From positions 1-42,230 of the forward strand of contig JAUCBJ010006151.1 of the NCBI GenBank assembly GCA_032718475.1: DNA of 42,230 bases. Direction: 5' to 3'. The stretch is from Nemertoderma westbladi (lineage: Eukaryota; Animalia; Xenacoelomorpha). Position numbers and translations under genes: made by a program. A model generated the notes under the pieces. The model had not been told where the DNA came from and searched no databases. It saw nothing but the letters and a program-made list of their open reading frames with translations. Below, in pieces: positions 1 through 12,659 of this stretch. Positions within the stretch are counted from its first letter, which is position 1. Each line of letters begins with the position of its first letter.

Positions 1-3000
1 ATGGCCAGTCGGCTATGGGACCTAGTTGGGTATCCAGTCGGTTATGGGACCTAGTTGGATGTCCAGTCGGCTATGGGACCCAGTTGGGTATCCAGTCGGC
101 TATGGGACCCAGTTGGGTATCCAGTCGGCTATGGGACCCAGTTGGGTATCCAGTCGGCTATGGGACCCAGTTGGGTATCCAGTCGGCTATGGGACCTAGT
201 TGGGTATCCAGTCGGTTATGGGACCTAGTTGGATGTCCAGTCGGCTATGGGACCTAGTTGGATGTCCAGTCGGCTATGGGACCCAGTTGGGTATCCAGTC
301 GGCTATGGGACCCAGTTGGGTATCCAGTCGGCTATGGGACCCAGTTGGGTATCCAGTCGGCTATGGGACCCAGTTGGGTATCCAGTCGGCTATGGGACCC
401 AGTTGGGTATCCAGTCGGTTATGGGACCTAGTTGGATGTCCAGTCGGCTATGGGACATAGTTGGGTATCCAGTCGGCTATGGGACCTAGTTGGGTATCCA
501 GTCGGTTATGGGACCTAGTTGGATGTCCAGTCGGCTATGGGACCTAGTTGGATGTCCAGTCGGCTATGGGACCCAGTTGGGTATCCAGTCGGCTATGGGA
601 CCCAGTTGGGTATCCAGTCGGCTATGGGACCCAGTTGGGTATCCAGTCGGTTATGGGACCCAGTTGGGTATCCAGTCGGCTATGGGACCCAGTTGGGTAT
701 CCAGTCGGTTATGGGACCTAGTTGGATGTCCAGTCGGTTATGGGACCTAGTTGGATGTCCAGTCGGTTATGGGACCTAGTTGGATGTCCAGTCGGCTATG
801 GGACCTAGTTGGATGTCCAGTCGGCTATGGGACCTAGTTGGGTATCCAGTCGGTTATGGGACCCAGTTGGGTATCCAGTCGGCTATGGGACCCAGTTGGG
901 TATCCAGTCGGTTATGGGACCTAGTTGGATGTCCAGTCGGCTATGGGACCTAGTTGGGTATCCAGTCGGTTATGGGACCCAGTTGGGTATCCAGTCGGCT
1001 ATGGGACCCAGTTGGGTATCCAGTCGGTTATGGGACCTAGTTGGATGTCCAGTCGGCTATGGGACCCAGTTGGGTATCCAGTCGGCTATGGGACCTAGTT
1101 GGGTATCCAGTCGGTTATGGGACCCAGTTGGATGTCCAGTCGGCTATGGGACCTAGTTGGGTATCCAGTCGGTTATGGGACCCAGTTGGGTATCCAGTCG
1201 GCTATGGGACCCAGTTGGGTATCCAGTCGGCTATGGGACCCAGTTGGGTATCCAGTCGGCTATGGGACCCAGTTGGGTATCCAGTCGGTTATGGGACCTA
1301 GTTGGATGTCCAGTCGGCTATGGGACCCAGTTGGGTATCCAGTCGGCTATGGGACCCAGTTGGGTATCCAGTCGGCTATGGGACCCAGTTGGGTGTCCAG
1401 TCGGTTATGGGACCTAGTTGGATGGCCAGTCGGCTATGGGACCCAGTTGGGTATCCAGTCGGTTATGGGACCTAGTTGGGTATCCAGTCGGCTATGGGAC
1501 CTAGTTGGGTGACCAGTCGGCTATGGGACCCAGTTGTGTATCCAGTCGGCTATGGGACCTACTTGGGTATCCAGTCGGCTATGGGACCTACTTGGGTATC
1601 CAGTCGGCTATGGGACCCAGTTGGGTATCCAGTCGGCTATGGGACCCAGTTGGGTATCCAGTCGGCTATGGGACCCAGTTGGGTATCCAGTCGGTTATGG
1701 GACCTAGTTGGATGTCCAGTCGGTTATGGGACCTAGTTGGATGTCCAGTCGGTTATGGGACCTAGTTGGGTATCCAGTCGGCTATGGGACCCAGTTGGGT
1801 ATCCAGTCGGCTATGGGACCCAGTTGGGTATCCAGTCGGCTATGGGACCCAGTTGGGTATCCAGTCGGTTATGGGACCTAGTTGGATGTCCAGTCGGCTA
1901 TGGGACCCAGTTGGGTATCCAGTCGGCTATGGGACCCAGTTGGGTATCCAGTCGGCTATGGGACCCAGTTGGGTATCCAGTCGGTTATGGGACCTTGTTG
2001 GATGGCCAGTCGGCTATGGGACCCAGTTGGGTATCCAGTCGGTTATGGGACCTAGTTGGGTATCCAGTCGGCTATGGGACCTAGTTGGGTGACCAGTCGG
2101 CTATGGGACCCAGTTGTGTATCCAGTCGGCTATGGGACCTACTTGGGTATCCAGTCGGCTATGGGACCTACTTGGGTATCCAGTCGGCTACGGGACCCAG
2201 TTGGGTATCCAGTCGGTTATGGGACCTAGTTGGGTATCCAGTCGGTTATGGGACCTAGTTGGATGTCCAGTCGGCTATGGGACCTAGATGGGTATCCAGT
2301 CGGTTATGGGACCTAGTTGGATGTCCAGTCGGCTATGGGACCCAGTTGGGTATCCAGTCGGCTATGGGACCCAGTTGGGTATCCAGTCGGCTATGGGACC
2401 TAGTTGGGTATCCAGTCGGCTATGGGACCTAGTTGGGTGACCAGTCGGCTATGGGACCCAGTTGTGTATCCAGTCGGCTATGGGACCTACTTGGGTATCC
2501 AGTCGGCTATGGGACCTACTTGGGTATCCAGTCGGCTATGGGACCCAGTTGGGTATCCAGTCGGCTATGGGACCCAGTTGGGTATCCAGTCGGTTATGGG
2601 ACCTAGTTGGGTGACCAGTCGGCTATGGGACCCAGTTGTGTATCCAGTCGGCTATGGGACCTACTTGGGTATCCAGTCGGCTATGGGACCTACTTGGGTA
2701 TCCAGTCGGCTATGGGACCCAGTTGGGTATCCAGTCGGCTATGGGACCCAGTTGGGTATCCAGTCGGTTATGGGACCTAGTTGGGTGACCAGTCGGCTAT
2801 GGGACCCAGTTGTGTATCCAGTCGGCTATGGGACCTACTTGGGTATCCAGTCGGCTATGGGACCTACTTGGGTATCCAGTCGGCTATGGGACCCAGTTGG
2901 GTATCCAGTCGGCTATGGGACCCAGTTGGGTATCCAGTCGGTTATGGGACCTAGTTGGGTGACCAGTCGGCTATGGGACCCAGTTGTGTATCCAGTCGGC

Positions 3001-6000
3001 TATGGGACCTACTTGGGTATCCAGTCGGCTATGGGACCTACTTGGGTATCCAGTCGGCTATGGGACCTACTTGGGTATCCAGTCGGCTATGGGACCCAGT
3101 TGGGTATCCAGTCGGTTATGGGACCTAGTTGGGTATCCAGTCGGTTATGGGACCTAGTTGGATGTCCAGTCGGCTATGGGACCTAGTTGGGTATCCAGTC
3201 GGTTATGGGACCTAGTTGGATGTCCAGTCGGCTATGGGACCCAGTTGGGTATCCAGTCGGCTATGGGACCCAGTTGGGTATCCAGTCGGCTATGGGACCT
3301 ACTTGGGTATCCAGTCGGCTATGGGACCTACTTGGGTATCCAGTCGGCTATGGGACCCAGTTGGGTATCCAGTCGGTTATGGGACCTAGTTGGATGTCCA
3401 GTCGGCTATGGGACCCAGTTGGGTATCCAGTCGGCTATGGGACCTAGTTGGGTATCCAGTCGGCTATGGGACCTAGTTGGGTGACCAGTCGGCTATGGGA
3501 CCCAGTTGTGTATCCAGTCGGCTATGGGACCTACTTGGGTATCCAGTCGGCTATGGGACCTACTTGGGTATCCAGTCGGCTATGGGACCCAGTTGGGTAT
3601 CCAGTCGGTTATGGGACCTAGTTGGGTATCCAGTCGGTTATGGGACCTAGTTGGATGTCCAGTCGGCTATGGGACCTAGTTGGATGTCCAGTCGGCTATG
3701 GGACCCAGTTGGGTATCCAGTCGGCTATGGGACCCAGTTGGGTATCCAGTCGGCTATGGGACCTAGTTGAGTGTCCGTCGGCTATGGGACCCAGTTGGGT
3801 ATCCAGTGGCTATGGGACCCAGTTGGGTATCCAGTCGGCTATGGGACCCAGTTGGGTATCCAGTCGGCTATGAGACCTAGTTGGATGTCCAGTCGGCTAT
3901 GTGACCTAGTTGGGTATCCAGTTGGCTATGGGACCTAGTTGGGTGTCCGTCGGCTATGGGACCCAGTTGGATGTCCAGTCGGCTATGGGACCCAGTTGGG
4001 TATCCAGTCGGCTATGGGACCCAGTTGGGTATCCAGTCGGCTATGGGACCCAGTTGGGTATCCAGTCGGTTATGGGACCCAGTTGGGTATCCAGTCGGCT
4101 ATGGGACCTAGTTGGGTATCCAGTCGGCTATGGGACCCAGTTGGGTATCCAGTCGGCTATGAGACCTAGTTGGATGTCCAGTCGGCTATGTGACCTAGTT
4201 GGGTATCCAGTTGGCTATGGGACCTAGTTGGGTGTCCGTCGGCTATGGGACCCAGTTGGATGTCCAGTCGGCTATGGGACCCAGTTGGGTATCCAGTCGG
4301 CTATGGGACCCAGTTGGGTATCCAGTCGGCTATGGGACCCAGTTGGGTATCCAGTCGGTTATGGGACCCAGTTGGGTATCCAGTCGGCTATGGGACCTAG
4401 TTGGGTATCCAGTCGGTTATGGGACCTAGTTGGGTATCCAGTCGGCTATGGGACCCAGTTGGGTATCCAGTCGGCTATGGGACCCAGTTGGGTGACCAGT
4501 CGGCTATGGGACCCAGTTGGGTATCCAGTCGGCTATGGGACCCAGTTGGGTATCCAGTCGGTTATGGGACCTAGTTGGATGTCCAGTCGGCTATGGGACC
4601 CAGTTGGGTATCCAGTCGGCTATGGGACCCAGTTGGGTATCCAGTCGGCTATGGGACCTAGTTGGGTATCCAGTCGGTTATGGGACCTAGTTGGGTATCC
4701 AGTCGGTTATGGGACCTAGTTGGATGTCTAGTCGGCTATGGGACCCAGTTGGGTGTCCAGTCGGTTATGGGACCCAGTTGGGTATCCAGTCGGCTATGGG
4801 ACCCAGTTGGGTATCCAGTCGGTTATGGGACCTAGTTGGATGTCCAGTCGGCTATGGGACCCAGTTGGGTATCCAGTCGGCTATGGGACCCAGTTGGGTA
4901 TCCAGTCGGCTATGGGACCTAGTTGGGTAGCCAGTCGGCTATGGGACCTAGTTGGATGTCCAGTCGGTTATGGGACCTAGTTGGATGTCCAGTCGGCTAT
5001 GGGACCCAGTTGGGTATCCAGTCGGCTATGGGACCCAGTTGGGTATCCAGTCGGCTATGGGACCTACTTGGGTATCCAGTCGGCTATGGGACCTAGTTGT
5101 GTATCCAGTCGGCTATGGGACCTAGTTGGGTATCCAGTCGGTTATGGGACCTAGTTGGATGTCCAGTCGGCTATGGGACCCAGTTGGGTATCCAGTCGGC
5201 TATGGGACCCAGTTGGGTATCCAGTCGGCTATGGGACCTAGTTGGGTAGCCAGTCGGCTATGGGACCTAGATGGGTGTCCAGTCGGCTATGGGACCTAGA
5301 TGGGTGTCCAGTCGGCTATGGGACCCAGTTGGGTATCCAGTCGGCTATGGGACCTAGTTGGGTGGCCAGTCAGGGTATGTGACCTAGTTGGGTGGCCAGT
5401 CTGCTAAGGGACCTAGTTGGGTGGCCAGTCGTCTATGGGACCTAGATGGGTGTCCAGTCGGCTATGGGACCCAGTTGGGTATCCAGTCAGCAATGGGACC
5501 TAAGTTGGATGTCCAGTCGGCTATGGTACCCAGTTGGGTATCCAGTCGGCTATGGGACCTAGTTGGGTGGCGAGTCGGCTATGGGACCTAGTTGGGTGTC
5601 CGTCGGCTATGGGACCCAGTTGGGTATCCAGTCGGCTATGGGACCTAGCTGGGTGGCCAGTCGGCTATGGGACCTAGTTGGGTGTCCGTCGGCTATGGGA
5701 CGCAGTTGGGTATCCAGTCAGCTATGGGACCTAGTTGGATGTCCAGTCGGCTATGGGACCCAGTTGGGTATCCAGTCATCTATGGGACCCAGTTGGGTAT
5801 CCAGTCGGCTATGGGACCTAGTTGGATGTCCAGTCGGCTATGGTACCTACTTGGGTATCCAGTTGGCTATGGGACCTAGTTGGGTGTCCGTCGGCTATGG
5901 GACCTAGTTGGGTGGCCAGTCGGCTATGGGACCTACTTGGGTATCCAGTTGGCTATGGGACCTAGCTGGGTGGCCAGTCGGCTATGGGACCTAGTTGGGT

Positions 6001-8690
6001 GTCCAGTCGGCTATGGGACCTACTTGGGTATCCAGTTGGCTATGGGACCTAGTTGTGTATCCAGTGGCTATGGGACATCGTTGTGTATCCAGTCGGATAT
6101 GGGACCTACTTGGGTATCCAGTTGGCTATGGGACCTAGTTATGTATCCAGTCGGCTATGGGACCTAGTTGGGTATCCCATCGGCTATGGGACTTAGCTGG
6201 GTGGCCAGTCGGCTACGGGACCCAGTTGGGTATCCAGTCGGCTATGGGACCTAGTTGGGTGTCCAGTCGGCTATGGGACCTAGCTGGGTGGCCAGTCGGC
6301 TATGGGACCTAGTTGGGTGGCCAGTCGGCTATGTGACCTACTTGGGTATCCAGTTGGCTATGGGACCTAGTTGTGTATCCAGTCGGCTATGGGACCTTGT
6401 TGGGTATCCAGTTGGCTATGGGACCTAGTTGTGTATCCAGTGGCTATGGGACATAGTTGTGTATCCAGTCGGCTATGGGACCTAGTTGGGTATCCCGTCG
6501 GCTATGGGACCCAGCTGGGTGGCCAGTCGGCTATGGGACCTAGTTGGGTATCCAGTCGGCTATGGGACCTAGTTGGGTGTCCAGTCGGCTATGGGACCCA
6601 GTTGGGTATCCAGTCGGCTATGGGACCTAGTTGGGTGTCCGTCGGCTATGGGACCTAGTTGGGTATCCAGTCGGCTATGGGACCTAGTTGGGTGTCCAGT
6701 CGGCTATGGGACCTACTTGGGTATCCAGTTGGCTATGGGACATAGTTGTGTATCCAGTCGGCTATGGGACCTACTTGGGTATCCAGTCGGCTATGGGACC
6801 TACTTGGGTATCCAGTTGGCTATGGGACATAGTTGTGTATCCAGTCGGCTATGGGACCTACTTGGGTATCCAGTCGGCTATGGGACCTACTTGGGTATCC
6901 AGTCGGCTATGGGACCTAGTTGTGTATCCAGTGGCTATGGGACATAGTTGTGTATCCAGTCGGCTATGGGACCTAGTTGGGTATCCCGTCGGCTATGGGA
7001 CCTAGCTGGGTGGCCAGTCGGCTATGGGACCTAATTGGGTGGCCAGTCGGCTATGGGACCCAGTTGGGTATCCAGTCGGCTATGGGACCTAGTTGGGTGT
7101 CCAGTCGGCTATGGGACCTAGCTGGGTGGCCAGTCGGCTATGGGACCTAGTTGGGTGGCCAGTCGGCTATGGGACCTAGTTGGGTATCCCGTCGGCTATG
7201 GGACCTAGCTGGGTGGCCAGTCGGCTATGGGACCCAGTTGGGTATCCAGTCGGTTATGGGACCTAGTTGTGTATCCAGTCGGCTATGGGACCTAGTTGGG
7301 TATCCAGTTGGCTATGGGACCTAGTTGGGTATCCAGTCGGCTATGGGACCTAGTTGGGTATCCAGTTGGCTATGGGACCTAGTTGTGTATCCAGTCGGAT
7401 ATGGGACCTAGTTGGGTATCCAGTTGGCTATGGGACCTAGTTGGGTATCCAGTCGGCTATGGGACCTAGTTGGGTATCCAGTTGGCTATGGGACCTAGTT
7501 GTGTATCCAGTCGGATATGGGACCTAGTTGGGTATCCAGTCGGCTATGGGACCTACTTGGGTATCCAGTTGGCTATGGGACCTAGTTGTGTATCCAGTCG
7601 GCTATGGGACCTAGTTGGGTATCCAGTTGGCTATGGGACCTAGTTGGGTATCCAGTCGGCTATGGGACCTAGTTGGGTATCCAGTTGGCTATGGGACCTA
7701 GTTGGGTATCCAGTCGGCTATGGGACCTACTTGGGTATCCAGTTGGCTATGGGACCTAGTTGTGTATCCAGTCGGATATGGGACCTAGTTGGGTATCCAG
7801 TCGGCTATGGGACCTACTTGGGTATCCAGTTGGCTATGGGACCTAGTTGTGTATCCAGTCGGCTATGGGACCTAGTTGGGTATCCAGTTGGCTATGGGAC
7901 CTAGTTGTGTATCCAGACGGCTATGGGACCTAGTTGGGTATCCAGTCGGCTATGGGACCCAGTTGGGTATCCAGTCGGCTATGGGACCTAGTTGGGTATC
8001 CAGTCGGCTATGGGACCTAGTTGGGTATCCAGTCGGCTATAGGACGTAGTTGGGTATCCAGTCGGCTATGGGACCTACTTGGGTATCCAGTTGGCTATGG
8101 GACCTAGTTGTGTATCCAGTCGGCTATGGGACCTAGTTGGGTATCCAGTTGGCTATGGGACCTAGTTGTGTATCCAGTCGGCTATGGGACCTAGTTGGGT
8201 ATCCAGTTGGCTATGGGACCTAGTTGTGTATCCAGACGGCTATGGGACCTAGTTGGGTATCCAGTCGGCTATGGGACCCAGTTGGGTATCCAGTCGGCTA
8301 TGGGACCTAGTTGGGTATCCAGTCGGCTATGGGACCTAGTTGGGTATCCAGTCGGCTATAGGACGTAGTTGGGTATCCAGTCGGCTATGGGACCTACTTG
8401 GGTATCCAGTTGGCTATGGGACCTAGTTGTGTATCCAGTCGGCTATGGGACCTAGTTGGGTATCCAGTTGGCTATGGGACCTAGTTGTGTATCCAGACGG
8501 CTATGGGACCTAGTTGGGTATCCAGTCGGCTATGGGACCTAGTTGTGTATCCAGTCGGCTATGGGACCTAGTTGGGTATCCAGTCGGCTATGGGACCTAC
8601 TTGGGTATCCAGTCGGCTATGGGACCTAGTTGGGTATCCAGTCGGCTATAGGACGTAGTTGGGTATCCAGTCGGCTATGGGACCTAGTTG
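1..8690. repeat. 29-bp satellite array (~300 monomers), consensus GGGACC(T/C)AGTTGGGTATCCAGTCGGCTAT; open at the window's left edge
   Basis: The monomer is read directly and is uninterrupted from 1 to about 8690. It ends abruptly at ...GGGACCTAGTTG|CTTGGCC. All ORFs reported in 1-8 kb are artefacts of the 87-nt (3 x 29) reading periodicity. Confidence 0.98.
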
Positions 8691-8791
8691 CTTGGCCTCG
8701 GATTTAAGTAAGTATCGAGCATAGATTGTCAATACTGATATTCGCATCATTAAAGCAAAAATTGTCAAAACACATACCATAAAAGCGAAAC

Positions 8792-8797
8792 TTTATT
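8792..8797 (-). promoter_or_regulatory. Candidate AATAAA polyadenylation signal of the PON gene
   Basis: Plus-strand TTTATT about 160 nt downstream of the PON stop codon. The context is AT-rich, so a chance match is possible. Confidence 0.4.
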
Positions 8798-8956
8798 ATA
8801 CAAGTTAAATTTACAAGTACAATACTAATAATAAGTTTTTATCTATAACACATAAATAGCAGATATAATAATAATAAAGAAAGTTTGAGTGATTGTAAAT
8901 TACTAAATTATCATAAATACAATATTGCCATAGCTAAGGTAGCGTTGTTTTTTAGT

Positions 8957-9136
8957 TTAATACGGTACATTGATATCGCAGTACATGAGTTTCTGGAATA
9001 CAGTCCCTATAAGAAGCTTCCCTCTATAATGAGCAGCTCCTGCTGAACCCATCAGTATTCGGCTATCGTCCATATACAGTTCAACTATTTCGGCTGGAGA
9101 ACTCATATTCCGAGGGTCAAATGAAACCTTTAAAAC
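8957..9136 (-). CDS. PON: Paraoxonase/arylesterase, exon 2 (last coding exon)
   Basis: After the acceptor cttttctattttag, the minus strand translates VLKVSFDPRNMSSPAEIVELYMDDSRILMGSAGAAHYRGKLLIGTVFQKLMYCDINVPY*. This matches the PON C-terminus (GKLLIGT...LYC) and supplies the C-terminal Cys. Confidence 0.92.
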   Translation of the reverse strand, partial: VLKVSFDPRNMSSPAEIVELYMDDSRILMGSAGAAHYRGKLLIGTVFQKLMYCDINVPY

Positions 9137-9379
9137 CTAAAATAGAAAAGACAGTTAAAAAACCCTTTGATACTTAAGTATATCAAGTATTTCTGTAATC
9201 CCACTTGGCAGTTACCTTTAATTAAATCTATGGGTAAAACACTAGAGTCTTATGCCCCACAAACTAACAAAAAACATAGGATCAGGACATTACGCCCAAA
9301 GTAGTGCTCAGCCCTACGGCCATCAAAAAACAACACAAACAATACAATCAAAAACGACATAAACAAAAAACAAATATAT

Positions 9380-9465
9380 GAATGGGAGAATCTTTTAGGC
9401 TCATTAAGCCAAGGAATGCCTGTTCACCACCATGGGTGATCTTCCACAGTAAACCCTTCCACTTC
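9380..9465 (-). mobile_element. 5'-truncated SINE/retroposon tail (86 bp) with 16-bp TSD, inside the PON intron
   Basis: Flanked by the direct repeat CAAAAAACAAATATAT at 9364-9379 and 9466-9481. The body is nearly identical to 36158-36241, the 3' part of a longer SINE. Confidence 0.8.
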
Positions 9466-10005
9466 CAAAAAACAAATATATTAAAGCATTCTCAACATAC
9501 AAGTATTACCCATAGATTTTATATATATACCAAACCCCCATTAGTCAATATGTCGGTACATTCAATTACCATTAATTAAGGCACGGAGGGCGCACTCCGA
9601 CTCCAGAGGTGCGCACTCTGTAACTATCTATAACCTATACAGATCAGTGTCAACTAGACGAGTACTTTGTCACCAAACACTAAATTGTGAAAGGCCGCCA
9701 GGCGTTGTATTTACTGTCTTGGAATAAAGCTTGACAAACTGACAAAGATACAGATATAGTAGGCCTACCATACGATTGTATTTCTGTCAGAAGTGCCAAG
9801 TCTGTCACTACAAACAGCGATTTCACAATTTCAAAAAACTCAAGTTCAATCTGATAATTATGAAATAAAGATCGGTGATTATTCAAGTCAATTAATTAAA
9901 ATTCGGGCGAAGTCAATATCATATCAATTTCAGTCCAATAAATACGAACTGACATATTTGCATTGGAATTAGCCGTGAAAGATTCATATTAAATATTGTA
10001 CTTGA

Positions 10006-10865
10006 TACTAGTACTACTATCAGCATGCCGCATTTACAGCTGCATTATATATATTCCATATATATTAAGAATGATGTGCCGGCTAGTCGATAACATAGTG
10101 CTGGCACAACTCCCTAGTACCCAGGGGATTTGCTAGATCATCCGCATCTTCAAGGCCAGTATCCTTTAAGAGGCGTCTCAGGAAAGTCATGGGCTGTCAA
10201 CCAAGTTTATTCATTCCATGAGGCAGCCAAAGCACAAGATTATGCACTGGCTGGTCGTCACGGCGAAAGCAATCCTGCAAAGCCGAGGCGGTGCCGTTTA
10301 AATGTCAAGCTAGGGGAGACTAATGGAACACCTCCAATGTTGTACAGTCTGATTGGAGATGTGTTCAATGAACCCGGCGCAGCATTAACACTCCCAATAA
10401 GAGTACTGGTACTATACTGCTGCAGCTGCCCTAGATAATCGAATCTTGAGAAACTGTTTTATTCTATAGGATTTCCAAATCCTGGACAGACTATTTAACG
10501 CTGCCAATGATTTCCCCTTACGTATCTGAAGGTTTTCATCTGACTTCCGTATCCATAATCCCAAGTAGCAGAAGTCTGTCACATGCCAAAGCAAGACATC
10601 CTTGGAGCTTCTGCCCTTACGATCAGACATTTCTCTGACAGCTCCCCTACGCCATCAGCAAAGTCTAGATCAGTAAGGTACTCTGTTGGATTTCCTCTAC
10701 TTCTTGTGCAAGTATGTATTACTAGGATCAACCTCAATTACGAATAAGAATGGTTCAAGTTTGTCACCCTGAAGGCTCCCAATAAGTTTTCGAATGGCTC
10801 TGTGTCAGCATCTGTGAATACCTACCTTATACTATCCTAAATGTAGTCCTGTTATATAATCATTA
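10006..10865 (-). mobile_element. Degenerate 5'-truncated RTE-clade LINE fragment in the PON intron
   Basis: Collinear with 36671-37605, including the TACTAGTACTA tail. Remnants of RT (DLDFADG, DFCYLG) and of the C-terminal RLRFAG-type region remain, with many stops. Confidence 0.8.
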
Positions 10866-11088
10866 TCTAAATATAATAAAAAATATATATGTTTAAAAAA
10901 CACTAAACAACTAGCTATATGTTATTGTAAAGAACTAACAAAACTAAATTAAAACTGTATAAACTATTAATGCAATAAGTATGAAAGTATAATAATAATA
11001 AAGTATAATAAGTATAAGTATAATATTAGGATCATTTTGATATTAAAATTATAATTATATAGCCACAGCTGAGACTACGAACACGAAC

Positions 11089-12018
11089 CTGACTGGGTGG
11101 CGGGGTCTTGGAATCCTCTTTCTGGAAGCAACGCCACAGGATTGGGTGGCATCCCAACCAGAGATCGCTGGGGCGATCTGGGTCGAACTCCACGTTGTCG
11201 CAATGCGAGTGCAACGGGATCTCGGCTACCTCGCTCAACGAATCGTCGGCTTCGCGCGTAAACAGATGGACCGACTGGCCTAGGAAGGTCGCCACGGCAA
11301 CTGTACCCCCGTCTGGACTGATATTAACTCCGTTCGGGAAACTATAACCGTATGAGGTCACAGTGCGGGCACGCTCCCCGTCGTAATAAGCGATGGAGCC
11401 CCATTTGCGAAGGAAAAGGAATTCCAACATCTGATATCGAGTGTGATGATGAGCATTCCAACGGTCGTTCGAAGCGTAGAACGTCTCCAGTGACGTCACG
11501 GCGACGTCATTAACAGACCACAACCCGGGATCAGAGAAGGTCTTCTCATGATAAAGCGCTTTCTCTTTAAAGTTTATACGGAATCTTTCTACCTTCTCTC
11601 CAGTCGGGTGGTGATTCACAACGAACAGGAAGTATTTACCGGAAGTCGGTTCGCGGTAGTAGCTGACTCCATGAGGTACGAAAGTCGACTGATCGAACCC
11701 GACCAAGGACATCGCGGTCGCGTTTTTATCCGGATGATTAAAATCGAATGTGAATATATTTCCGACTACTTTCGAGTTATCGCGGTTGGGTAGTTTGATT
11801 CCGGACGACATGAAGGCGACACCGTTGGGAAGCACGGTGACGTCTTCGGAACCTTGGTCGACGGGCGGCACGTGACGACAGTTTCCGGGCACGTGGTTGT
11901 GCACGTGGCGGGAGAAGCCCAAGAGCAGCCAGACCTGGAAGATGTGATTGGCTGCGATAGAAGCCAATACGATTGCGATAGGAATGGAGCATCTTAAGAG
12001 TTGTTTGGTTATCGACAT
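11089..12018 (-). CDS. PON: Paraoxonase/arylesterase (six-bladed beta-propeller, Ca-dependent lactonase family), exon 1; spliced protein 369 aa
   Basis: N-terminal hydrophobic anchor followed by PON motifs NC, GSEDV..LPNG.AF.SSG, FVPHGVS, LFVVNH, SVNDV, FPNGVNISPDG, CDNV and LWLGCHP. The ORF-track tail VRVRSLS... is intron read-through. Confidence 0.95.
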
Positions 12019-12625
12019 TGTTGCCTCAACAATGAAACATTTAATACAAAGAAAATAAAACTAACTTTATACTCTAATATGTTAAATTTATTAAAGAGAA
12101 AAATATATTAAAAATTATTAAGTCTAACTTATTTAACGAATTAATAAATAAAACTTTAAATTAAAAGAAACTTCAGAGGGAAATACAATAATTATTTCTT
12201 GCTTTGTTTTTATAGATTTGACAAATAATATTTTTTGTAATTATATTTTTCACTCATGGAGTTGGAGTTATACATCAACAAATTTAAGTTGTTTATCAGT
12301 CTGCCGTTTCTTTCTGAGGAATTATTTACAAAATATTTGTAATTGTTACTAAATAAGGTTTGAAACGGCCTATTAGAATTAATTTAAGAATAAATACGAA
12401 GAAATAAATAACGATTATCTGTTTATGAATTTTGTCTGAGAATTACAAAGTAACAAACATAGAATCACTCGAGGCAGTATGCCAAGTGTTTCTAATATTA
12501 TGTGGATGTATTTTTATCTATATTGGTGACACTAACACACAACCTGGTTATAATCATTTGAGTGACAATCCCTTACACTAATGGGTTTCTTATGGGCTTC
12601 CCACTACTAGGAATATATTATGATC

Positions 12626-12659
12626 GACCAATCAGAATTCAGTAAAAAAAGGCCAATGA
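12626..12659. promoter_or_regulatory. Two CCAAT (NF-Y-like) boxes about 0.6 kb upstream of the PON ATG
   Basis: GACCAATCAG (CCAAT at 12628) and GGCCAATGA (CCAAT at 12653). Motif match only. Confidence 0.3.

Larger units (their letters stand above)
9137..11088 (-). other. Phase-0 GT-AG intron of PON (1952 nt)
   Basis: Donor CAG|GTTCGT at 11088 and pyrimidine-rich acceptor ...TTTTAG|GTT at 9137. Splicing gives PPPSQ|VLKV in frame. Confidence 0.88.

Noticed and set aside
15-7904. Dozens of MGPSWVSSRLWD... ORFs
   Set aside because: They are translations of the 29-bp satellite; the same peptide cycles through all three frames.
1-8690. CRISPR array (29-bp, partly palindromic repeat)
   Set aside because: Monomers are head-to-tail with no unique spacers, there are no cas genes and the context is eukaryotic.
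11032-11088. ORF-track C-terminus of PON (VRVRSLSCGYIIIILISK)
   Set aside because: This is intron read-through; the true C-terminus is encoded at 8957-9136.
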